A stretch of 62,472 bases of DNA, the filler included, from Candidatus Nanoarchaeia archaeon (lineage in GTDB: Archaea > Nanobdellota > Nanobdellia > Woesearchaeales > DATDTY01): the NCBI GenBank assembly GCA_035290625.1. It is 7 parts of 7 records of this genome, joined end to end, with 100 filler letters (N's around TTAATTAATTAA, not from the genome) between each part and the next. Parts side by side here need not be neighbours in the genome. Positions count along the whole stretch, not along the records: positions 7,731 to 31,220 come from DATDTY010000072.1; 6 more parts are not named here. One strand, written 5' to 3'. The notes under the pieces are model-generated. The model was not told the origin of the DNA. It made no database searches and saw nothing but the letters and a program-made list of their open reading frames with translations. Position 1 is the stretch's first letter. Each line of letters begins with the position of its first letter. Positions 10,134 through 19,530 of the stretch are shown here, one piece after another. The position numbers were made by a program, and so were the translations under genes.

Positions 10134-10291
10134 GGCTGCGTTCAAAATGAAGGTTGCCGTCATTCTTGCGAGCCTCTTCTATATGTATATGTACAGCTGA
10201 CAGGGGGACTTGCCCCCTCGGGGATGTCAGCTTTATTCCTTAGACAGCTCAGGCGAGCCGATGGCAACCCGAAGAGATTTTGAACGCAGTC
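10134..10291 (+). mobile_element. Structured MITE-like repeat R4
   Basis: TIR GGCTGCGTTCAAAAT/ATTTTGAACGCAGTC; flanking direct repeat TCATCAAAA/TCATCAAAG (8/9); full core. Confidence 0.85.
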
Positions 10292-10315
10292 TCATCAAAG
10301 TTTCACACTCTCCTT

Positions 10316-10825
10316 TTATTCAGAAATGATTGTGTACACATACAGAATGATCAATGCCACCAAATACAGAATCAGGAAACTGACCAAGAACGATCCCCAG
10401 TCAATGTACATGCTGGGGGCAATAGCATCAAGATTTGCAACGATGACCGAGACTGGGACAAACCCCCAAATCTGCCTGCAAGACTCTCCCGGCTTGCAGA
10501 GCGGATTGGTGTAGGTTGGAACTCCATGGATAATCGAAAAAACTGCAATGATGAAGATAATCACAAAAAACTTGGCGACAGCAATCCCAAAAAACCTGCG
10601 TAACCTGCCTCGTTTCTCCTTGATTTTCCTGCGCAAGGGCATGATGATGGAAATGAGAAATGCGCATACGGCAATAAGGCTAAGATAGACACCTGCAGAA
10701 TTCACGAGTTCAGCAGAGACCTGGCTTTCAGACTCGATCAGCCCGCTATACAAGCTCAGGCCACTTCCTGCAAGAAAAATCACCAGTGATATGAGGAAAA
10801 GCCTGAACCACGGATGCCTGGCCAT
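10316..10825 (-). CDS. Hypothetical multi-pass membrane protein
   Basis: About 4 hydrophobic segments; start placed at MARHPW, downstream of a TATAAAA box. Confidence 0.65.
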   Translation of the reverse strand: MARHPWFRLFLISLVIFLAGSGLSLYSGLIESESQVSAELVNSAGVYLSLIAVCAFLISIIMPLRRKIKEKRGRLRRFFGIAVAKFFVIIFIIAVFSIIHGVPTYTNPLCKPGESCRQIWGFVPVSVIVANLDAIAPSMYIDWGSFLVSFLILYLVALIILYVYTIISE

Positions 10826-10884
10826 ACACGTTTGATGGTAGACACCCTTTTTATACCTTTTCCCATCATTGGCTCCACCCAAAA

Positions 10885-11005
10885 GGAGGCTGCCATCAAT
10901 TTTGCGAGCCTCTTTACAGCTCTATGCACAGCTGACCGGGGGATGTCCCTACGGGGATGTCAGCTTTGTACCTTGGAAAGTTCAGGCGAGCCGATGGCAG
11001 CCCGA
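10885..11005 (+). repeat. Structured repeat R5 (core only, no clear TIR)
   Basis: GGCTGCCATC/GATGGCAGCC helix, TTTGCGAGC, GCTGAC-CGGGGGATGT-CCCTACGGGG-AT-GTCAGC, GCGAGC; sibling of R4. Confidence 0.8.
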
Positions 11006-11055
11006 TTAAGCCTTTGTAAAGGCATACAGAACTTGTGAAGTTTACTTTACACAAA

Positions 11056-11169
11056 TGAGCCCGCCAGGATTCGAACCCGGATTTGTTGGTATATCCAAGC
11101 AATACCTCCCTTTCGTTCATCGTGATTGCTTACCGAAGCCAACTGTGCTATCCGTTACACCACGGGCCC
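11056..11169 (-). tRNA. tRNA-Arg(TCG) with a 42-nt intron at position 37/38 (11091-11132)
   Basis: GGGCCCG...CGGGCTC acceptor; GTTGG-CTTCGG^...^A-CCAAC anticodon arm; intron stem AAGCAAT/ATTGCTT forming a relaxed BHB; GGTTCGAATCC. Confidence 0.92.
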
Positions 11170-11206
11170 CTATTCAAGAAAAAGAATGCACACTATTTAT
11201 TGCTTT

Positions 11207-12220
11207 CTACTTCACCTTCTTGATCACATAGTCTTTCCTGGCTTTCTCTCCGGTTCCGCGAATCACAACATCTTCGTCGCTGTTCCTCCTCACTTCAGTA
11301 ATACTGTATGAGCCTCCTTTGCGGGGCTGCTCAGTTTCAGGCTCGTCAGCCTCTGCGTACGGCTCCTTCATGCGCTTCACTGCCAATTCGATTGCTTTTT
11401 TGTTGCAGATCTTGAGGAGCTGTCTTGGGTTCTTTGCTCCTGCCTTATAGATCCTGTCAAGCTGCCTCTCGCTGAATGGAGTTAATCCTGTGCCTCCACA
11501 CCCTCTGACGCGCTTTTCAACCATTTCTTTCATTGCCTCAGGATCCAGGCTTCCGATCTTCAGGCGGAGGCTGTCCTTCTCATCAATGCTGCCGGCATTC
11601 CCTACACTTGTTGCAATGATTTGAATATCCATGCTTTCTAAGAGTGATTCTGCCATGCTCATGTTTCCTTTTGACAGGTATTCCAGGTTGTCAATCAGCA
11701 CCACAAGGCGCTTTCCTTTCAGCCGATCCTTGATCGCCTTCTTTTTCTCTTCACCAGAGTCAACGGCTTTCCGCTTGAAGCCGGTTGCCTTCTCGAAGAG
11801 GACATCAAGGAGCGAGTCTTGCCCGATCTGTCTGGCATCAATAAACACGGACATGAGCTTTGATCCATATCCCTGCAACTGCTCTGACAGCCACATCAGC
11901 AGTATTGTTTTCCCTGATCCTTCTTCTCCCGTGATCTTGCCAAAGCGGTACTTGTTCACGAGGAACAGGTTGATCTTCTCTTTTTCCCTTGCACAATCTG
12001 CGATATATTCTGAGGCAGGCAGCATGACGCCTGTTTCAAAGGGGTTCTGCTTGAATCCCAACTCACTGATCCAATCCAGGACCAGCTCGCTGTCTATCTT
12101 TTTCCTAAACTGCGGCTTGAATGAAGGCATCTTAACCTGCCAATTCTCTCTTCCCAGGCGCAGGGTGAACAGAGGCTCTTCAAGAGGGTCAGGCTCCCAA
12201 GAAAAGCGGATAAATGCCAT
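11207..12220 (-). CDS. AAA+ ATPase (ExeA/AAA_22-like)
   Basis: LGFKQNPF, Walker A GEEGSGKT, Walker B VVLIDN, 'NPRQLL' sensor. Confidence 0.75.
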   Translation of the reverse strand: MAFIRFSWEPDPLEEPLFTLRLGRENWQVKMPSFKPQFRKKIDSELVLDWISELGFKQNPFETGVMLPASEYIADCAREKEKINLFLVNKYRFGKITGEEGSGKTILLMWLSEQLQGYGSKLMSVFIDARQIGQDSLLDVLFEKATGFKRKAVDSGEEKKKAIKDRLKGKRLVVLIDNLEYLSKGNMSMAESLLESMDIQIIATSVGNAGSIDEKDSLRLKIGSLDPEAMKEMVEKRVRGCGGTGLTPFSERQLDRIYKAGAKNPRQLLKICNKKAIELAVKRMKEPYAEADEPETEQPRKGGSYSITEVRRNSDEDVVIRGTGEKARKDYVIKKVK

Positions 12221-12257
12221 AGATTTCCTGGAGGGGAGTTTGTTTATAAATGTTTTG

Positions 12258-12438
12258 GGCTGCGTAGAGGTTGGTGCGAAATCCTCGCAATGCTCGGGTT
12301 ACCATCGAGTTCGCACATGGTATCTATATCTGTGATAATCGACATTCGTCCCCGTAAGGGACTTCCCCCTCAACTCAGTTTATGCTTTGCATTCAACAGC
12401 CTCGCGGAAGGGTGGCAACGCCGACTTTCTACAGAGCG
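12258..12438 (-). mobile_element. Structured MITE-like repeat R6 (diverged)
   Basis: Minus strand reads GTTGCCACC-CTTCCGCGAGG...AGGGGGAAGT-CCCTTACGGG...GCGAAC-TC-GATGGTAAC; imperfect GGCTGCGTAGA-type ends; a second GGCTGCGTAGA follows at 12439. Confidence 0.7.
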
Positions 12439-12483
12439 GGCTGCGTAGAAAACTTTAAATACACTCCCTCCTTGTAAATTCAC

Positions 12484-13179
12484 ATGAAGCAGATTGTCGT
12501 TAGAGTCACGCCCTCCAGAGTCAAGTTCTCTCTTTGCATCCTTGTGATCTTAGGATTAGCCTACTATGCCTATTTTTACTATGGCCAGTATAATGAATAC
12601 TACCAAAAATACAATGATCTCCTGACTGGCAGCCAGCCTGAATCTACAGAATCCGCTGAATCGGCGCTTGAGGAATCATCGACAGAAACAACTCCAGAGG
12701 AAGCCAGCCCAGCTGAAGAGCCAGCTTCTAATGCTTCAGATGCCTCTGGAGAGACTGCATCAGAGGCTTCTGAATCCCTTTCCGGCAAGCTTGAAGTCAA
12801 GCTCACAGCTCCGCTCTATGAGATTAAAGAGTCAGGAGACACAGAAAAGGCAGTGATCAGCCAAGTCAGGTTTTCTGTCACCAATGGGTTCGGCGCAGCC
12901 CAGAACCTCTTAGTCGAGTTCCACGCGTATGATGTTGGTGAGACTGATGAAAATAAGATTAATGCACGCAAAGGCGGGGATAGGACAACGCTGGCAACGC
13001 TCGCTGCAGGCCAGAGCATCACGAAGACTATCCTTTTTCCTTCAGACCAGCGCATCAACCTCTATAATCTCGATAAGGCAAAGATTGTGCAGATAGACCT
13101 CATCGATAAAAAAAGCTTTGACGATTCTAAGGAAGTTAAGGTTCTTGCATCAGACAAGGTTACACTGACGTTTACATAA
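12484..13179 (+). CDS. Hypothetical secreted/surface protein with S/E/A-rich linker
   Basis: N-terminal TM, low-complexity linker, beta-rich C-terminal domain. Confidence 0.7.
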   Translation: MKQIVVRVTPSRVKFSLCILVILGLAYYAYFYYGQYNEYYQKYNDLLTGSQPESTESAESALEESSTETTPEEASPAEEPASNASDASGETASEASESLSGKLEVKLTAPLYEIKESGDTEKAVISQVRFSVTNGFGAAQNLLVEFHAYDVGETDENKINARKGGDRTTLATLAAGQSITKTILFPSDQRINLYNLDKAKIVQIDLIDKKSFDDSKEVKVLASDKVTLTFT

Positions 13180-13182
13180 GTC

Positions 13183-13461
13183 TTAACGCCTGCCAAGGGT
13201 TATCTCAATCGTAGAAACCCGGACATCCCTTCCTTCCCTGTTCTGGAAGCCTTCAGAATTAATCTGGATGCTATTGACTGCGATCTGGTTCTCCAAAAAC
13301 CGCTTTGAGGCAACCTCGGCAACATCAACAGCGCGGCTGATGAACTTGCCTCTTGCCTTGACAATGACCTGAGAAGCGTTTTTCGCGGTGAACTGCATCA
13401 CAACACCTGTGACATAGTTCATGAGTGGCTTGTTTCCAATAAAGACTGCGTTGTCGCTCAT
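13183..13461 (-). CDS. albA: DNA/RNA-binding protein Alba
   Basis: VFIGNKPLMNYV, KARGKFISRAVDVAE, VSTIEI. Confidence 0.97.
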   Translation of the reverse strand: MSDNAVFIGNKPLMNYVTGVVMQFTAKNASQVIVKARGKFISRAVDVAEVASKRFLENQIAVNSIQINSEGFQNREGRDVRVSTIEITLGRR

Positions 13462-13646
13462 GCTTCTTTTTTCATCAAGCGCGTAATATATCCTGCAATT
13501 CCATTCCGAATCTTCTTGCTTGGGCCCTCTATGTATTGGTCGACAAGCTTTTTATTAGCATTAAATTCCTTGCTCAGCTCGTCCTTATGGCTTTCTATAG
13601 TCTTATTGCTCATCCGCTTGACGAGCTGTGTCTTGATTCTGCCCAT
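13458..13646 (-). CDS. rps17e: 30S ribosomal protein S17e
   Basis: MGRIKT..VKR, SKKIRNGIAGYITRL. Confidence 0.96.
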   Translation of the reverse strand: MGRIKTQLVKRMSNKTIESHKDELSKEFNANKKLVDQYIEGPSKKIRNGIAGYITRLMKKEA

Positions 13647-13718
13647 AGGCTGCCTAATCTCGCATTCTTTATAAACATTGTGGTAGAATTTGATATGTTT
13701 TTGATGCGATTTAAGGCT

Positions 13719-14708
13719 TCAGCCTTTCTTGTATTCCGTATATGGCGTTGTCCTCTTGCTGATATACTCATTTGCAGAGTAGCTGGCATTTACTGCCTCA
13801 GCAACTCCTGTTATGGCCTGCTTGAACTCAGAATCACCAACATCTCCTGCTGCATAGAAGCCTTCAATATTTGTTGATGCGAGCCGATCAATGATGATCT
13901 CTCCTTTTGCATTCAACCTGACTCCGATCTCTTTCGCAAGCCGGCTTAAGGGGATATGGCCGATCTCAACAAAGAGGCCGTCAAGCTTGAATTCCTTTGA
14001 TCCTTTGTAAGGCTTGTCAAAAACAACATGAGCCAGTTTTTCCTTTCCTTTGATCTCTACAACATTTGTGTTATTGATGACTGTGATTTTCCTGTTCTGT
14101 TCCACCCGCTTCATATTGATGGGCTCAGGATGGATTTCTTCGCCGCGATAAATGATATACACTTTTTTCGCCCATTGGGTAAGCAATAAAGCCTCTTTTG
14201 CAGAGCTGTCAGCCCCTCCGACAACACCAATAACTTTATTCTTGTAAAATGCTCCGTCACAGAGTGCGCAGTAATGCACACCTTTGTTTGTGAATTCTTT
14301 CTCTCCTGGAACATTTAGTTTTTTCCATTCACTTCCTGTCACAAAAATGATGGTTTTTCCCCAGTATGCCCCACTTGCTGTGGCCACCTTGAAGCTTCCA
14401 TCTTTCTTCCTCTCAATCCTTGTTGCGTTCTCATCAGCATAGTCAAGGGGGTAGTTCCGCATATGCTTTTCCAGTGCTCCTGCTAACTCGAGGCCTGTTA
14501 CGCTTGGAAACCCCGGGTAGTTTTCTACATCAGTCGTTAAGGTGATCACTCCTCCGAGATTTTCTGCAACAAGGAGGATCTTGAGCTGGAACCTCCCTGA
14601 GTACATCGCAGCCGCAAGCCCAGCACAGCCTCCGCCGATAATAATAACCTCATAAAGCGTCTTTTCTTTCGGCTTTCCGGGCTTGATGTCAGGTATGTCT
14701 TTTGGCAT
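13719..14708 (-). CDS. trxB: Thioredoxin reductase
   Basis: IIGGGCAGLAAA, VENYPG, GVHYCALCDG, YAAGD. Confidence 0.93.
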   Translation of the reverse strand: MPKDIPDIKPGKPKEKTLYEVIIIGGGCAGLAAAMYSGRFQLKILLVAENLGGVITLTTDVENYPGFPSVTGLELAGALEKHMRNYPLDYADENATRIERKKDGSFKVATASGAYWGKTIIFVTGSEWKKLNVPGEKEFTNKGVHYCALCDGAFYKNKVIGVVGGADSSAKEALLLTQWAKKVYIIYRGEEIHPEPINMKRVEQNRKITVINNTNVVEIKGKEKLAHVVFDKPYKGSKEFKLDGLFVEIGHIPLSRLAKEIGVRLNAKGEIIIDRLASTNIEGFYAAGDVGDSEFKQAITGVAEAVNASYSANEYISKRTTPYTEYKKG

Positions 14709-14762
14709 GCTTGGTGGGCAGGGATGGGAATATATAAATATTTGGTTTAACACTTCGTTCTT

Positions 14763-15323
14763 ATGAAGCCTGAAATCCGCATCCTCGGCATCGATGACTC
14801 TCCGTTTGACAAATTCAGCCAGAAACGGATCCTGGTGATAGGAACTGTGTTCAGAGGAGGCACGGTTTTGGACGGCGTCATGTCAACAACTGTGGCCGTT
14901 GATGGAACTGATGCAACAAAGAAACTCATCGAAATGATCAATAAATCAAAATTCAAGCCTCAGCTGCGTTGCGTCATCCTTGATGGGATTGCATTAGGCG
15001 GCTTTAATGTTATAGATATCCACGCACTGCATAAAAAAACAAAAATCCCAGTCATGGTTGTTATCCGTAAATACCCCGACCTTCTAAAGATAAAGACAAT
15101 CTTAACAAAACTCAAAAAAGAGAAAGCCGTAACACTCATCGAGAAGGCAGGCGCAATCCATAAGGCCGGCAATATCTATATCCAGATCAAAGGCATGACC
15201 CTCAAAGCAGCAGAAGAGACCCTCAAAATAACCTGCACCCGCTCCTACCTTCCGGAGCCAATTAGAGCAGCCCACATCATCGCAGCAGGGGTTGTGAAAG
15301 GAGAAAGCAAGGGAAGGGCTTAA
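14763..15323 (+). CDS. DUF99/UPF0215 family protein (endonuclease V-like)
   Basis: RILGIDDSPF, VDGTDAT, LDGIALGGFNVID, PEPIRAAHIIA. Confidence 0.9.
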   Translation: MKPEIRILGIDDSPFDKFSQKRILVIGTVFRGGTVLDGVMSTTVAVDGTDATKKLIEMINKSKFKPQLRCVILDGIALGGFNVIDIHALHKKTKIPVMVVIRKYPDLLKIKTILTKLKKEKAVTLIEKAGAIHKAGNIYIQIKGMTLKAAEETLKITCTRSYLPEPIRAAHIIAAGVVKGESKGRA

Positions 15324-15673
15324 AGCCCTGCCTGCTTCAGCTGGGCATCTAGGCTTTTATATGGTTGGGTCCAGTAGGGGACAACTGTTGCGCCTTCTGG
15401 CCGGATGACATTTCTGGGTCCTTCCCTTCTGATAATCTCCAGTTTTTCGCCTTCCATCTGGTGCATTTCAATTGGCAAAGGGAAGTTCTGGGCATAATCT
15501 ATCCACTGATTACCCGTCTTTTCTCCCTGCCGGTGGATAAGAACAGCAGGGCCTGAGCGAAGCCTGGCAACAAGGCCTTCAGAGCCGCCTTCAAGAAGGA
15601 ATTTTGTTCCAATATGCTTTTTGCCTAACAGAAACTGTTCCTCCATTGGAAACGAGTATAACTGTTCTTCCAT
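15320..15673 (-). CDS. Hypothetical protein
   Basis: ORF with a TTTATATA box upstream of MEEQLY. Confidence 0.55.
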   Translation of the reverse strand: MEEQLYSFPMEEQFLLGKKHIGTKFLLEGGSEGLVARLRSGPAVLIHRQGEKTGNQWIDYAQNFPLPIEMHQMEGEKLEIIRREGPRNVIRPEGATVVPYWTQPYKSLDAQLKQAGL

Positions 15674-15746
15674 AAGGGGGATAATCTCAGGGATTATATA
15701 AATTTGCACCCTACCATTTAAAAACCCACCATTATTCCTGTTTCCC

Positions 15747-16016
15747 ATGGATTATGACTTGGACGAGCAAAGAATCATCAAAGAGATCAAGGAGAAAGGC
15801 CATAAGCGAATCCTTCTTCAATTAGCCGATGGCATCAAGCCGCAGGCCAGGGATTTGGTAAAAACCATAGAATCAGAAACCGATGCAGAATGCCTAATCT
15901 GGTTCGGCTCATGTTTTGGCGCCTGCGACCTGCCGTTGTCAATCAAATCCTTAGGCGTATCCTTGGTGGTAGCCTTCGGCCACAATACCTATATCAAGGA
16001 TGTGAAAGGATGGTAG
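15747..16016 (+). CDS. dph2: Diphthamide synthesis Dph2, N-terminal fragment
   Basis: ILLQLADGIK, SCFGACDL, AFGH. Confidence 0.88.
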   Translation: MDYDLDEQRIIKEIKEKGHKRILLQLADGIKPQARDLVKTIESETDAECLIWFGSCFGACDLPLSIKSLGVSLVVAFGHNTYIKDVKGW

Positions 16017-16747
16017 ACTTTATGCTTGTGGAGGCTTTTTACAGGAAGCCATTCAGGCTGTCAGAAGAAGCGTTGGCAGCATTAAAGCCCTTCAGGAAAA
16101 TTGCATTATTTGGATCAGTCCAATTTATTCAATTAGACGAGGTTATCCATCAATTAAAAACCACAAAAAAAGAGATACTAACCTCTCATGGCAAAAGAAC
16201 CTCTGGCAACCATCAATTACTTGGCTGCGACTGTTTCCAGGATTCCTTCTCTGGCAAGGACATCTTCAAAAAAGCAGATATCATCCTTTACATTGGAGAC
16301 GGCCTTTTCCACCCAAAAGCCCTCTTATTCTGCCAGCTTGGCTCAAAGAACCCAAAGGATATCGTTATTTTTGATCCCATCAATAATGCAGTAAAAAAAA
16401 TAACAAGAAAAGACATCGAAGCCCAGATAAAAACCTACAAGGCAAATCTGATAAAATTCATGGCTGCTGAGAAGATAGGAATCCTGGTCTCAACCAAAAC
16501 AGGCCAGAGTTACTTAAAAAATGCCGCAGTATTGCAAAAAGAGCTAAAAGCCAAAGGCAAAGAATCCTTCATCTTTGTTGATGACACTATTGATCTTTCT
16601 CAGATGGAAAACTTTCCTTTTGTTGAAGCATGGGTCAATACAGCCTGCCCGCGAATAGGATTTGACGATCTTGTGCATTACACCAAGCCATTAATCAACA
16701 TCAATGACGCTTTTACACCTGAGAAGGCGGTGATGAAGTATGGGTGA
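16010..16747 (+). CDS. dph2: Diphthamide synthesis Dph2, C-terminal fragment
   Basis: QLLGCD, YIGDGLFHP, GILVSTKTGQ, WVNTACPRI. Confidence 0.9.
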   Translation: MVDFMLVEAFYRKPFRLSEEALAALKPFRKIALFGSVQFIQLDEVIHQLKTTKKEILTSHGKRTSGNHQLLGCDCFQDSFSGKDIFKKADIILYIGDGLFHPKALLFCQLGSKNPKDIVIFDPINNAVKKITRKDIEAQIKTYKANLIKFMAAEKIGILVSTKTGQSYLKNAAVLQKELKAKGKESFIFVDDTIDLSQMENFPFVEAWVNTACPRIGFDDLVHYTKPLININDAFTPEKAVMKYG

Positions 16748-17180
16748 TGTGGTCAACCTATTTTTGACTCCGAAATCGCTGGAGGCAAGGATTGGGTTTA
16801 CCTTTTCTACCAGTAAGCGCAATGGAAGCGGCAACAAAGACTATAGGTTCAGTGTGGAGATGGTAGGCGATAAACCTCAGCAGGTACTGCTTATCCGCAC
16901 CTATGGCTCTTATCGCTCGCTGCTCGAAACTCTTGCGGTTTATGATTCAAGCTCTGCGAATACTCCTTCCAGAGTGATGTACTCAAAAGGCAAATCTCCA
17001 GAGATCTCTCTTAATCGTATCGGTGCGGCCCTCGTTATTGATCCTCCAACCATTCCAGCACCTACAGCTGAAGCGGTTTTTAGCAGAGCGATTGCTGAGT
17101 ATTTGGAATTTAAAGAAACGAACAGGATTGACGAAGCGCTTTCCTACCGCTCCTCCATAAAACTTTTAAACAAAGAATGA
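16740..17180 (+). CDS. Hypothetical protein
   Basis: 146-aa ORF overlapping the dph2 stop, with a GGTGA SD-like site. Confidence 0.55.
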   Translation: MGDVVNLFLTPKSLEARIGFTFSTSKRNGSGNKDYRFSVEMVGDKPQQVLLIRTYGSYRSLLETLAVYDSSSANTPSRVMYSKGKSPEISLNRIGAALVIDPPTIPAPTAEAVFSRAIAEYLEFKETNRIDEALSYRSSIKLLNKE

Positions 17181-17192
17181 GTTTTTTCAGCT

Positions 17193-18209
17193 ATGCTCAG
17201 CCTTCCCCAAGTGAGAGAGCTTGAAAAGCAGCAGTACCGGATGGTAGGCAATCATTCAGCTGTCAAGGTGTGCGGCTGGACAAAGAGCATGATCAGGGGA
17301 AAAGGCGGCTGCTACAAGTTTGCTTTCTACGGAATCAGGTCGCATCAATGCATGCAGATGACCACCTCGATGTTCTGCGCGAACAAATGCACCTTTTGCT
17401 GGAGAGGAGAAAAGGCTCCTGTCTCAAAAACCTGGTATGGGTCTATTGATCCGCCTGCCCAAATCATTAATGAAGCGTTAGAGAAGCACCTCGGCTTGCT
17501 TGATGGATTCAAGGGTTATCCAAATGCCAGCAAGACAGCAGTCAAACAAATGAAGGACATCAGGCATGTTGCTCTCTCTTTAACAGGCGAGCCAATCTCC
17601 TACCCTCTGATCAACGAGATTCTGGAGGAGTTCCACAAGAGGAGGATCTCAACTTTTCTGGTAACTAATGCCCAATTTCCTGAGCAGATAGAAAAACTCA
17701 AATGCGTCACCCAGCTCTACATTTCAGTAGATGCGCCAAGCAAGGCAAAGCTCAAAGAGGTTGACAGGCCATTATTCAAGGATTACTATGAAAGGATGCT
17801 GAAGAGCCTTGATGTCATGGCAAAAAAGGAGTTCAGAACCTGCATACGATTAACGATAATCAAGGAAGTGAATGATGATGACCTTGAAGGATACAAACAG
17901 ATGATTGAAAGAGGGAAACCGGATTTTATTGAAGTAAAAGGCTATATGCATGTTGGAGCATCCCGAATGTTTCTTGAACGAAAGAACATGCCGCTGCATG
18001 AAGACATCCGCATCTGGTCAAAGAAATTCGCAGAATTGCTGCCTGACTACACGATTGTAGGAGAGCACCCGCAGTCGCGTGTTGTCTGCTTCATGCGAAA
18101 GGCAATGCCTGGGCAGTATATTGATTTTCCAAAGTTTCTTGAGCTGGCAGCCAAAGGGCATGCAAAGGCAGAGGAGTATTCTTCACCGAAGATTATGCCG
18201 AATGGTTAG
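17193..18209 (+). CDS. taw1: 4-demethylwyosine synthase (radical SAM)
   Basis: HSAVKVCGWT, CYKFAFYGIRSHQCMQMT, CANKCTFCWR, LSLTGEP. Confidence 0.95.
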   Translation: MLSLPQVRELEKQQYRMVGNHSAVKVCGWTKSMIRGKGGCYKFAFYGIRSHQCMQMTTSMFCANKCTFCWRGEKAPVSKTWYGSIDPPAQIINEALEKHLGLLDGFKGYPNASKTAVKQMKDIRHVALSLTGEPISYPLINEILEEFHKRRISTFLVTNAQFPEQIEKLKCVTQLYISVDAPSKAKLKEVDRPLFKDYYERMLKSLDVMAKKEFRTCIRLTIIKEVNDDDLEGYKQMIERGKPDFIEVKGYMHVGASRMFLERKNMPLHEDIRIWSKKFAELLPDYTIVGEHPQSRVVCFMRKAMPGQYIDFPKFLELAAKGHAKAEEYSSPKIMPNG

Positions 18210-18340
18210 ATAGAAGAAAGATCACACATTTCCTTATATTTGCATTTCGGACAGACTTCTCTGATAACGTCAAAAGAACTCACTCCTAAGCGCGCTTCTT
18301 CTGCATAGGTTACAAATTCTTTGAGGTAGGAGCAGGGCAT
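18206..18340 (-). CDS. Small Cys-rich protein (44 aa, not in the ORF track)
   Basis: MPCSYLKEF...VCPKCKYKEMCDLSSI; TTTATATA box about 25 nt upstream. Confidence 0.5.
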   Translation of the reverse strand: MPCSYLKEFVTYAEEARLGVSSFDVIREVCPKCKYKEMCDLSSI

Positions 18341-18625
18341 ACTTGGTCAGAGGAGGATGAAGTATATAAAGGCATTGAAAAGCAGACAAGGAACGTTTAG
18401 TCGTTATGGAATACGGTAAAAGAGTTACTCTCTCTTTTTCCCAGCCTCATGAAGCAGCTTCGCATACTTCTCTCATGTTTAGGGGGGGGTTATTACTTTA
18501 TGAAAGGTCTTCTGCACCAAAAAATCAAATCTGCTCTCCCCTTTCACATACATCATCGGGCGATACATGTTAGAAGTCCATAAAAATACGAAACATTTAA
18601 ATAGTAATGGTATTTTATTAGACCT

Positions 18626-19504
18626 ATGAGATTTTCAAAAACAGAGCTGAAGGTGTTATGGCAAGTAGCCTTAGGGAAAAGGCAGGTCTCTGAACTAGCT
18701 TTAGCTCTGCATAAAGATCAAAGCCAGATATACCGAATCCTAAAAAGCCTCGACAAGAAAGGATTCGCAACACTCGAAAATGGCATAATCGCTCCTTCAG
18801 AGAACACTCATATGAACATTCTTCTCCAGGAGCTCTCAAGACGGCCAAATATTATTGATAACCTCTCTGGGTGCGGCATAAAGCTATTTACGGCAATTCT
18901 TGAGCCTAAATCAGTTCCTCAAATAATCAAGGAAACGGGCATCAAAAGAAGCACTGTTTTCTACAAATTAAAGGAAGCCACAAGAAACAGCTTCATAAAC
19001 ACACCAGAGGAAAAATACGTTCTTAATGAGAAAATCTGGCCGAAAGTTAAAGAGTTCTTCATCGAACTAAAAAAATACGAGGAAACTGCTGACAAAAGAT
19101 CCCCGTCAGGAGCAGTCATTTACTACAAAAATGAGAATGAGATCGTTTTCTCAACTAAGGTTGAATGCGACGCTAGCCTGACTGGCTTTTCAGCTTATGA
19201 GCAATTCGGCATCAAATTGCTTCCTGTGGATTACACCTATTACCTTCCAAAAAAGACTCTGAAAAAGCAGGACGTATTTCTGCATTCTCTGTATAGGGCA
19301 GAGAAAGAAGGAGATGCAAGAGATTTTACTCTCATTGCGCTTTTCTATCTTAAGCACAAAAATGACCTTAAAGATATCAAACACGAGATAATTGACAACC
19401 TTAATAAAGTTCTGCGGGGCGAACAAGTAACCTACTATCCAACTCTTGAGGAAATAAAAGACAGAGCTGATGTTTATGATATTAAAATTCAGAATAAGCT
19501 TTAA
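18626..19504 (+). CDS. Multi-HTH transcriptional regulator (AbiEi-like antitoxin candidate)
   Basis: Two wHTH-like segments, 'LTGFSAY' motif; directly upstream of a nucleotidyltransferase. Confidence 0.65.
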   Translation: MRFSKTELKVLWQVALGKRQVSELALALHKDQSQIYRILKSLDKKGFATLENGIIAPSENTHMNILLQELSRRPNIIDNLSGCGIKLFTAILEPKSVPQIIKETGIKRSTVFYKLKEATRNSFINTPEEKYVLNEKIWPKVKEFFIELKKYEETADKRSPSGAVIYYKNENEIVFSTKVECDASLTGFSAYEQFGIKLLPVDYTYYLPKKTLKKQDVFLHSLYRAEKEGDARDFTLIALFYLKHKNDLKDIKHEIIDNLNKVLRGEQVTYYPTLEEIKDRADVYDIKIQNKL

Positions 19505-19530
19505 CCCCAAAAGAATCATGAGGTGATCTT

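Noticed and set aside
11631..12335. Long antisense ORFs (also 3187-3672, 40222-40827 and others)
   Set aside because: Shadows of well-supported genes on the opposite strand.
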